A model generated the notes under the pieces. It had not been told where the DNA came from and searched no databases. It was given only the letters and a program-made list of their open reading frames with translations. Made by a program: the position numbers and the translations under genes. From Fimbriosthenelais zetlandica (lineage: Eukaryota), in NCBI GenBank assembly GCA_977030845.1, contig OZ365111.1:27466001-27530000 (forward strand): a stretch of 64,000 nt of DNA. The letters are read 5' to 3'. This document shows, piece by piece, positions 51,601 through 58,653 of this stretch. Each line of letters opens with the position of its first letter. Position 1 is the first letter of the stretch.

Positions 51601-53702
51601 ACTCAGGAGCAAATCAAACAGCCTCAGCAACCTGCATCATAGTAGTACCCCACTGTATGCACGGAGGGGCAGTGTGTCCAGCCATCATACAGTCATTGGT
51701 CACTACGGTCATCATCAGGATAGTCTACCATCACTCAGTCTACCGGGCAGTCTGGTCAACCTGAATATGGCCACAGAGAATGAGGCTAGTCGACACAGCA
51801 GCATGGCCGACCTCGCCGATCTCAGTCTTCAATTGGTAAAATAAACGATAGTGAAGGGTTTTAGTTTTAGTTGCTTCAGGGCTCGAACAATGCTATGGAC
51901 AATGTTGCTCTTGAAGTGTATTCGAAAAGTTTTGGGGGCATCAGCCATTTTGGCCCATGTAAGGGTATGCTACACCGGCCATTTTGGCCCATGTAAGCCA
52001 TTTTGGGCTATGCAAGGGAATGCTACACCGGCCATTTTGGGCTATGCAAGGGAATGCTACACCGGCCATTTTGGGCTATGCAAGGGAATGCTACACCGGC
52101 CATTTTGGGCTATGTAATGGAATGCTACACCGGCCATTTTGGGCTATGTAAGGGAATGCTACACCGGCCATTTTGGGCTATGTAAGGGAATGCTACACCG
52201 GCCATTTGGGGCTATGTAAGGGAATGCTACACCGGCCATTTTGGGCTATGTAAGGGAGGGCTACACCGGCCATTTTGGGCTATGTAAGGGAGGGCTACAC
52301 CAGCTTTGCTGTCATAACTGGAACTTTTCGAATATACTTCTCTCGCAAGATCGCATGTTCCAGCAAGTATTGAGCCCTGTTGCTTTATAAGGTCTTAAAA
52401 TTTTTATTACTCACTGACTTACTCACTTTCTCACTCACCTTCTCACTAACTCACTCACACAAGTACTCCCCCAAATAATCATAAGTTATTATACCTTTGT
52501 AACGTTTATAATTTGTTTCAGTTAGCAACATGTATTTATAATTATGGACAATATTATGTAAAATGTATTAGCCTTAACAACAGATTAATATTGTAGACAA
52601 TAGTGGGATACGGTATAACGTTTATTCCCTTCTAACGTTCTAAAGTTCTATAATTATAGACTAATAACAATAGTTACTTAATAGTTCTACTTTTAGTCAT
52701 TCTTCCTCTTCGAAATAACTTGATCTCCATTCTGGGAAATTAGTTTTTGTCAACTTTGACTCTTTTCAATCAATTTAATAACAAAAATTAAAGTTCTTTT
52801 ATATCACTATGACTTTTGGGATTCTATCATATCTCATAATTGCAATAATAAATATTTTAAAATTTTTAATAAATAATTATTATTTGCCAAGTTTAAATAT
52901 CTTTTTTTACTTTCTTCATCAGGAGATCCCTCCACCTGTCAATCACCTTCCACCTCAGGCTGTGATTGGTCACCCGGGTTATGTAAACCCCGCCTACTCC
53001 CACATGTCATTACCTAGCCGGGCAGGGAGCCTGGCCGACCTAAACCTGGACAAAGTATCCCACAAATCATCCAAGTGGGGAGATGATGATGATGATGAAA
53101 TAGATGATACAGGGAGCCGGGTGTGGGCGGGACATCATGGTCCCACTGATAGCGGACTCCATAGTCTAGTGGTAAGATCAATATTTCATGAGATAGCGTT
53201 CCCATAGTCATCAAAAAGTCATGAAATTTCACGTATTTTCTGAAAAGTGTTTTTGACATAGATTGAATATGTCCAAAGAAAGTTTGATTGTCCGAAAGGC
53301 ATGAAAAAAGGCCAGTCGTGTCTACCACTTCTATCTGGTCTGAGACATGCAGTCTGCAACTTTCTGTGATAAGAGGCATGTAAAGGCCAGCCATGTCTTC
53401 CACTGTCTACAGTGAGAGGCATGTAAAAGGTCAGCCATGTCTCCCACTGCATTGAGATCCAAAATCTTAGGTTCCTTTTTTGCACACTAGATGCCAGCAA
53501 CTGCCGCAGGGCAAATTGCCATATATTTCTTCACCTTTCAAAGCTTTGATAACGATTCGAAATATGTTTAAATGTTCCTATTATATTTTGATGTTAATTT
53601 TGTGATGTTTTTTTTCAGTATGGAGAAGAATATGACACAGGCAGCGAACGACCAGTGAGCGTGCTAAAAGAACACACAATGTTTACCGACACACATTTAT
53701 AG
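5337..53702 (+). CDS. USH2A: Usherin (USH2A orthologue), multi-exon, 5'-truncated by the window; about 5000 aa encoded here
   Basis: 63 exon positions with AG/GT boundaries, all phase-compatible. Domain order LamNT - laminin EGF - FN3 - 2x LamG - FN3 - Cys-rich - FN3 - TM - cytoplasmic tail. Diagnostic peptides: PDSVNCIQF, SKGNITFSILSPEPVARPGHNDFY, PYIRERMPL after the TM, and C-terminal KEHTMFTDTHL-stop (human usherin, as recalled, ends KERTTFTDTHL). Exon coordinates are given in the segment features below. Confidence 0.97.
6050..6190 (-). mobile_element. tRNA-derived SINE head
   Basis: Minus strand reads ggagttagctcacaggttagagcac (A-box-like) followed by GGTTCAATCC and GGTTCAAATCC (B-box-like); no cloverleaf acceptor stem. 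Confidence 0.55.
6230..6450. mobile_element. Dispersed ~200-bp MITE-like family, copy 1
   Basis: Shares gcgacaaaggtgatgcttg and gcagcagtggagtactg with 17240-17452 and 44770-44952; imperfect ccactgc/gcagtgg ends. Confidence 0.6.
6794..6870. repeat. Perfect 27-bp inverted repeat with 23-nt spacer
   Basis: ctgccgtccaaagctaaaacgcagtat (6794-6820) / atactgcgttttagctttggacggcag (6844-6870). Confidence 0.9.
7096..11587 (+). CDS. USH2A: USH2A segment: laminin-type EGF repeats
   Basis: Exons 7096-7422, 9342-9537, 9875-10534, 10891-11083, 11424-11587. Repeated C-x-C...TGQCxCK..V.GR.CD.C..G pattern. Confidence 0.95.
7470..9120 (+). repeat. 20-bp minisatellite array (cgcgtccattctaagggccc-like) with two copies of a ~75-bp non-repeat block
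   Basis: Three units per 60-nt line; blocks at about 8651-8728 and 9046-9120. Confidence 0.95.
11957..15853 (+). CDS. USH2A: USH2A segment: first FN3 block leading into LamG1
   Basis: Exons 11957-12106, 12388-12879, 13331-13600, 13969-14144, 14939-15083, 15623-15853. W..P..PNG, L.PY..Y and ACT.GGC motifs. Confidence 0.93.
15109..15245. other. N run (137 nt) in CT-rich intron
   Basis: Visible Ns flanked by pyrimidine-rich low-complexity sequence. Confidence 0.99.
16156..16223. repeat. 26-bp inverted repeat with an internal perfect palindrome
   Basis: catggtcgcggcaacaaccaaggcaa / ttgccttggttgttgccgcgactatg (1 mismatch); aaccaaggcaatatattgccttggtt at 16171-16196 is palindromic. Confidence 0.85.
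16293..16421 (+). CDS. USH2A: USH2A LamG1 constitutive exon upstream of the duplicated cassette
   Basis: GIQLWFKTTTRDGLLMYSASEGQVEFIALQLRSGRPWFLFDPQG; 129 nt, phase 1-1; ttacag|...|gtaagg. Confidence 0.93.
17095..17222 (+). pseudogene. Possible decayed fourth copy of the LamG1 alternative exon
   Basis: ag|GTTGTCCT start, AAAG|gc end, 128 nt, collinear patches of similarity, in-frame stops. Confidence 0.35.
17240..17452. mobile_element. Dispersed ~200-bp MITE-like family, copy 2
   Basis: caaaggtgatgcttatcacaataaaa ... gcagcagtggagtactg, shared with 6230-6450 and 44770-44952. Confidence 0.6.
17501..17623 (+). CDS. USH2A: USH2A LamG1 alternative exon copy A
   Basis: tgtag|GTTGCCCC...CAAAAAG|gtactc; 123 nt, phase 1-1, no stops; GCPTAVDTSNTDRTYNDNKWHHVYVRRWATYAEITVDFTQK. 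Confidence 0.88.
19015..19140 (+). CDS. USH2A: USH2A LamG1 alternative exon copy B
   Basis: gttag|GTTGTACC...TACACAG|gtagta; 126 nt, phase 1-1, no stops; GCTVVVTSTDDVGVNYADNEWHHMKAVRAGKIGLIIIDNIYT. Confidence 0.88.
20073..20198 (+). CDS. USH2A: USH2A LamG1 alternative exon copy C
   Basis: aatag|GTTGTACG...TTCACAG|gtaata; 126 nt, phase 1-1, no stops; GCTTIVTTTDDEGWTYTDGEWHHIKVFRDEKKGTIIIDNRFT. Not in the supplied ORF track; read directly. Confidence 0.86.
21660..23800 (+). CDS. USH2A: USH2A segment: end of LamG1, LamG2 and start of next FN3
   Basis: Exons 21660-21781, 21873-22047, 22284-22537, 22897-23071, 23600-23800. NTGLYVGGLP, DFIGCIRDV, LCDGRWH, VYLGGID and YGGCLREV motifs. Confidence 0.93.
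22163..22260 (+). mobile_element. Truncated tRNA-derived SINE
   Basis: A box TGGTGTAGTGG (22167-22177), B box GGTTCGAACCC (22202-22212), then ccgggtcaaaccaaaaacttaaaaaatggtat, a typical post-tRNA SINE segment. Confidence 0.65.
23150..23465 (+). repeat. 43-44-bp minisatellite family (gagaggcatgtaaaggccagccatgtctcccactgtctgtggt), locus 1 of 5
   Basis: About 7 units; other loci at about 24940-25085, 26040-26230, 32285-32480 and 53300-53455. Confidence 0.9.
24072..35905 (+). CDS. USH2A: USH2A segment: central FN3 array
   Basis: Exons 24072-24152, 24259-24558, 24696-24868, 25222-25351, 25739-25935, 26277-26424, 26642-26805, 28656-28836, 29148-29327, 29745-29889, 30096-30238, 30578-30714, 31095-31230, 31601-31778, 32060-32178, 32546-32764, 33127-33318, 33693-33938, 34478-34690, 35087-35289, 35697-35905. 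All phases chain correctly. Confidence 0.92.
26865..28560 (+). repeat. ~290-bp tandem repeat (about 6 units)
   Basis: Recurrent tagacaagctccacctgcaagaatcactgcaagaatcaccaggcaatgatccctg at about 26867, 27151, 27444, 27589 (partial unit), 27875, 28158 and 28449. Confidence 0.92.
28905..29153 (+). repeat. 59-bp tandem repeat containing the 3' splice site of exon 29148
   Basis: ttttatag|AGAACT repeated with AG ending at 29029, 29088 and 29147. Confidence 0.85.
29560..29742 (+). repeat. ~31-bp pyrimidine-rich tandem repeat upstream of an acceptor
   Basis: ccttgtaatgcccttttaatgacctttttca units. Confidence 0.8.
33985..34290 (+). repeat. 36-bp minisatellite (cttggacattgctgtggccagt...), locus 1
   Basis: About 8 degenerate units; explains the overlapping spurious ORFs. 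Confidence 0.85.
36056..38678 (+). CDS. USH2A: USH2A segment: usherin-type cysteine-rich (CC-dipeptide) region
   Basis: Exons 36056-36155, 36373-36521, 36739-36869, 37598-37785, 38072-38222, 38481-38678. Repeated CCG/CCxG...Y motifs (ECCGQHY, MCCGGKFY, QCCGGEVV). Confidence 0.92.
36945..37505 (+). repeat. 36-bp minisatellite, locus 2
   Basis: cttggtcattgctgtagccagtgccctccttctggc units; gives 12-aa repeat pseudo-ORFs (LALVIAVASALL / TKARRRALATAM). Confidence 0.92.
39022..40734 (+). CDS. USH2A: USH2A segment: FN3 exons after the Cys-rich region
   Basis: Exons 39022-39219, 39572-39729, 40125-40323, 40627-40734. Confidence 0.92.
41100..44075 (+). CDS. USH2A: USH2A giant exon (2976 nt, about 10 FN3 repeats)
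   Basis: gaccag|GTGTG...GGTAGAG|gtaagt; matches the 1011-aa ORF; phase 1-1. Confidence 0.95.
44520..49540 (+). CDS. USH2A: USH2A segment: distal FN3 repeats and juxtamembrane region
   Basis: Exons 44520-44719, 45078-45173, 47313-47563, 48226-48458, 48913-49098, 49451-49540. Confidence 0.92.
44770..44952. mobile_element. Dispersed ~200-bp MITE-like family, copy 3
   Basis: cactgctg...gtgacaaaggtgatgcttgtctcacaataaaa...gcaacagtgga. Confidence 0.6.
46003..47064. mobile_element. Non-autonomous Tc1/mariner (pogo/Tigger-like) element
   Basis: TA at 46001-46002 and 47065-47066; 24-bp TIR CAGTCAGACCTCGTTAATCCGGAC / GTCCGGATTCACGAGGTCTGACTG (1 mismatch); internal tccggatgtcga repeats near both ends. 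Confidence 0.88.
47800..48190 (+). repeat. Degenerate tandem repeat (ttggttgttgctgtggc...ctctaaccaaaccaataagaaaggccctg)
   Basis: About 4-5 imperfect units of roughly 60 bp. Confidence 0.7.
49905..49916 (+). CDS. USH2A: Candidate 12-nt USH2A microexon (encodes S-P-E-T across junctions)
   Basis: tatttttattatcaacattttcag|CGCCAGAGACAG|gtacag; frame-preserving, phase 1-1 like its neighbours. Confidence 0.45.
50482..50732 (+). CDS. USH2A: USH2A transmembrane exon
   Basis: VYQEVWFIALIAIIVLVVLFIGLACCLRTTGRKLPYIRERMPL; hydrophobic helix followed by basic residues. Confidence 0.95.
51245..51404. other. N run (160 nt) preceded by (CATC)n-like sequence
   Basis: Visible Ns after catccatcc. Confidence 0.99.
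51416..51835 (+). CDS. USH2A: USH2A cytoplasmic Ser/Pro/His-rich exon (possibly a cassette exon)
   Basis: cccacag|CTACCC...CAATTG|gtaaaa; 420 nt, phase 0-0, open frame with coding-like GC. The acceptor lies only 11 nt after an N run, so the 5' edge is less certain. Confidence 0.7.
51943..52302 (+). repeat. 34-bp minisatellite (gctacaccggccattttgggctatgtaagggaat), about 10 units
   Basis: Near-identical units visible. Confidence 0.93.
52923..53702 (+). CDS. USH2A: USH2A last two exons with PDZ-binding motif
   Basis: Exons 52923-53171 and 53619-53702; YGEEYDTGSERPVSVLKEHTMFTDTHL then TAG at 53700-53702. Confidence 0.94.
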
Positions 53703-55398
53703 TAAATAAAACGCCACTTATCACCCTCATAACTAATGTATCATAATTATATCATGTAGCAAAAATGACAACACATTTTTATACTTACCTCTTTGGGTAT
53801 GTTTACATTTATATGGCCAAATACCAGTTGGTACTCTTCCAAAATGCTCATGTTTCATCCAAATTGTTTTTCACAAAATGTAACTAGGATATGGATCAAG
53901 CAATGTATATAGTTCAGGCATGCAGTATATGAGGGAAGTGCGGTTTGATATTTTGACACAAGATAATAGTGAAAATTAGCGACTATTACTGAAGGTTTAC
54001 TAGGATGCAATGTGTTACATTTGCAGTGAAAATATACTGTGTTTCTATGCAAAAGGAAGTGTTTGCAATGAGATTTATAATTGCTGGTAATTTATATGAA
54101 AATTAAATCTAGTTTTTATATGAAAATCTAGTAGTTAACTTATATGAAATTGCTTCTTCTAATAATTACCGCAGATAGCCTCTTCTTTAGAAACTGATAT
54201 AAAAGTCTGGATGGCGTCTAATAAAATAGAAAGAAGTGATTTTAAATTTTATATTTTCGGTGTTTGTGCAAAAGGTAAGATTCGAGGTAGGAGGTGAAGC
54301 ATATTGAATGATTTAGTTAGGTCGCTGGCAGTATTCCCTGATGTTTTTCCCGATTATATTATAATAATATCTATTATATCTATATGAAATATGAATCAGG
54401 CTGGATCCCCTGGTAAAAAAATCAATAATTGTCAAGAGTTCATTCCTACTGCTGGTGGTAGTAGGGAAGCGATAATGGTGCTAAACTGTATGATATCATA
54501 TTATGTAGTTTGTGAATCGTTAGATTTCTAAACGAGTCTCTCATTGATATTTATGTGTATGAACTAATCCTTGTCAAAAAGCTTTTGGCATGAGACAGCA
54601 ACCTTTTTCTTTATTAAAGTTGTATTACATTTCATCCATATGCTCAACAAAGTTTTGAGAAATTTGATTTTAACTTCTTGTACCATGGCTTAGTGACATA
54701 TCCACTCAGTTATTACATTTTAATTTGATAAATGTTATAAAATTTCATATCTAACATTTATGTTTTATAATCCAGGAATTTCAATCAATTATCTAAATGA
54801 TATTTTATGTTATATGTAGTTGTATTCTATAAGTCTTATACAGTCAAATTTTATAAGACTAACATTATGTTAACCTCAAATTTAATGGTTATAATAATTA
54901 TTTATTAATGGTTATTTATTTACTTTCAATAAGACAGATTTATGCTCGTCCTTGTGAATATTTTGAAGTCTCCCATTTTATTTGAAGGTGTTCAAGGTGT
55001 ATATATTGAACTGCATATTCCCAAGCTCTTAAGATCCGTTGTTGGCATTTTGCCCTAATGTTCACTTGACCTACTTTAATTAGAATTGTGAATAATCTAA
55101 ATGGCCATGCTCCATTTTTGCCAATGGCGATTTTATAAGGATCTTCTCTATCATATGAAGCAAGACTCGAATCTCTGATCTGCTCGGGTCAATAACGGTC
55201 CATTGTTATGTTTGTTTAAAAGTATCTAGGTCAAGGTCGACTTTGGTTACGGAATGATATATGATTTCAATTTGTTTGTCATGCTATACAATTTCCAGAT
55301 ATATATTGTACTCTGTATATAAAGTGTATTTTGCATCGAGTGCCTTGGAATCAGATTTATCAAATACTTATTCCAAGGGTCAAATTGTAAATGTATTA

Positions 55399-55404
55399 AA
55401 TAAA
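55399..55404 (+). terminator. Possible USH2A polyadenylation signal
   Basis: AATAAA followed about 35 nt later by a GT/T-rich tract (tgtgaattttgtgttttttcc); other AATAAA candidates exist. Confidence 0.3.
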
Positions 55405-57484
55405 ATATACTTCAGTCTAAAATATAAATATAAAAGTATGTGAATTTTGTGTTTTTTCCGATATATTGATGTTTTAAATTGATACTAAAATGGACACTTG
55501 TGGATGTTCCAAACCGATGACAGTTAGTCAATGATTGTCATCCTGATTAAGTGTCCTAAATTTTAAGAGGGTTCGAACTGAAAATTCAAAACGCCCTTTT
55601 CTAGTACAGGAGATTCCTGCCAAATGTCATGGGAAAATAATTAAATTTATTTATCCAACAAACTCAAAACATTGTCTAAGGCTTGTTTAAGCCAAGAAGA
55701 AAATGACATTTATACTTTTGGAAATGTTTGATCGTCACTACCACTATACGAACACTGTTAAAGTCGTTGTCTCGTATTTGCCATAGTGCGATGAAAATTG
55801 ATTAAAAAATATGGATTGGTTTACTTTTTGATGTTCATGACATTCAAAAGTACTTTATGTAATAACTTGGTTATATGATCTCAATATTATTACATTTCAT
55901 AACTTGCATTTATTGACACAATAACAACAAAAATGGGACAAATAAAATGCACAACACAAAGCTAGGGCTCTGCATGGGCAGAGCAGAAAAAAATGGTCAG
56001 CAGGACATATTAGTTATTACTAACAATCACTTAATCTATAGATTACATTTAATATACATAAACATGGATTTAGCATTCTGGATTACATTGATATGCATTT
56101 TAAACCTTTTCTCTAATGCTGCAAAAACACAATATTAAACATTCAGAAGTGCTGCACTGTGCAGTTTCTTTAGAATCGGACAGTTTCAGATTCATTTTAG
56201 ACATTCTGAAGAAATATAGCTCAGATTAAGGAATGTTTGAGGGACATTATTTTCCTACTCTACTCTGCTAAGGAAACGAAGTGCGCTCACTATTGACGTT
56301 TTCTGCATTGCATGTGTTCTCTTGTTTTAAGAACTACTAAAGGTGTCCACAAACTGATCCGATTCTCCAATCCGTCGCCGTCCGATTCCCCATTTCTAAT
56401 GACATCCAATGATTGAAATTGTACCAGTGGTTACTCTTAGCTTGGTGTAACGGACTGATCAAATGCCAAGCATTGAATTTCAACAGAAATATATTATCGG
56501 ACAGTTATCGGATGGAGATTCGGTTTAGTGTTTTGGCCCATTTAGTTATTAAAGTGGCACAGTGCTTGTAGTGTTGGGGTTCAGGTACTGATGTGAACCT
56601 CATTTGTTCAATTAATTTTAGACATTCTTGAGACATTCCTCTCACATTGAGGACTGCTTTGAGGCAGGGTATATAAGTTAGATAAGAGGTTTCACAGTCT
56701 GGACCTTCAATCACCGAGCATATTTGTATAGTTAGAGGAATGTCTGTACAAGTGGGCCTGGATTGTAGCCAGCTGTGGAACATCAAAGTTAATGACCCTA
56801 TCTTTTGTCTGGTCATAAAATGTAAGCTAAAGACTAGCAACTACAGGCAGGGCTGTAACTAGCATGAAATAGCTGAAATTACCATTTAAAAATATAGAAA
56901 AAGTCCTAGATCTTTTTAATGGGGAAAGGGGCAATTCTACTTGAAAATTTATTACTCGAATTGGACAGGAATCTGGCTTCAATGTAGCTCACAATGAAAA
57001 TATCCATATCCGCGTATACATACGAAACTACCATAAGATTAGAACTATAGCAAGTGATCGTATTCGCATGTGAATCTGAATAGATATCTTTGTGTACAGT
57101 AAAGAACTAGTGAGATCTCCCTATTATAGGGAAAAGGATTCTTTTGGGATACAAGCAAGAAAAACAATACAACATAATGCTAATTGTTATATATCATTTG
57201 ATAACACTTCGAGCCTCATTTTCATGAATAGATCATCTCCATGGCAACTGGTAATAGGTCTCGTTTATAAGCAAAACAAGGAACAAAAACTAGGACAATA
57301 AATCAATAAATTCAGGAATAGTTAATGAGGCCAGTTGTATATACATACATGTACATCAGAGATATATATTATATATACTTTGCATTGTATTAGTGTTATG
57401 TACAGTTTCAGGCCTTTCCCTGCGTCCATCCAGGCCCTGCTCTATTAAGTTCTTGGTAAGTACCACATGCCCTCATAACTTATA

Positions 57485-57620
57485 TACAGTGGAGTCTCAC
57501 TTGACAACCACCTAACTAAATCGACCATCTCATTTTTCTACCACTAAAAGTTAATGGTAAAAGGACTAAGTCATACTCACTAAAACAGCCATCGCTAAAT
57601 GGTCAGATGAACTCTTCAAA
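57485..57620 (+). mobile_element. Tigger/pogo-like terminal fragment
   Basis: TA-CAGTGGAGTCTCACTTG start; a related taaagtggagtctcacttgg lies at 34914; no matching right TIR found. Confidence 0.45.
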
Positions 57621-58653
57621 ACCACTCAGTAAAGTAACGACGGTCACACTATGTGGTCACTAATTTATAAGTTCCCATTGTCAAACATTGAGACATACTT
57701 GTAAAGCAACTATCTTACTATCGCCTCACTATGTGGCAACTTAAAGTTCAGAACCAGTTTTCAAAACCGAAACTTACTCAATAAAGCAACCGTCCTTCTA
57801 TGCAACATTAGTTCTGTCTCAAGGGTGGTTGAATAAGTGTGACTTAACTGCAAATTTGTCGAGCAATGCTTTAAAAATATCATGGCAAATTTCACTCTAA
57901 CATGTATGATATGCAGCCTGTATTTAAGATCTATAATTTCATTCTTTTTCAACATAATTTTATGAGCCACAGACTTAAAGCCTTTCATGTCCCATCTGTC
58001 CCTCCTTTGACATGTACACTACTTCCAGTAGCCATCAATACACAAAATAAAGGTTAGTTCAATATATAACTCTGTATATATGTAAAAGATACAATTTAAC
58101 ATAAAAATGTTTTTACAACGTAATCTTAGAACAGATCTCCCTTCGTCCATCGTCAAATGTAATATAGAAAGTCAAAACAGATACAAAAATATATATCCAT
58201 CAGATCTGATTATTTCTTATAAAACCGGTATTATAATAAATCAAATATTATATTTTATATATACTTAATTATTCAAAGCCATTCTATACACATCAACATG
58301 CTTGAATAAAAATAAAATAAGCTTCAAGTCACCGACCAGCCTGCTGGGGCCAACTTTATAATCTACATATCAATGACAGTGTATTGGAAAAGTTACCCAG
58401 GCCATGTTTGCCTTGCCTTGCACCAGCCAAGTAAGTTTAAGTAACAATACCAATGGTCTTACTTGTAATAATGATAGAGAAACAATTTTAAAAACACATA
58501 CAATTCTTGGGACATGCTAACCATTTTGGCATGGAGAATCATACGCGCCAGCCATTTTTTGTTTTACGCCTTTTTCGCCCTTTTTTAATACACAGAATTG
58601 AATTATGTAATGTCCCCAGCAGCCTAACAAACGGTTCATATCGGTGACCTCTT

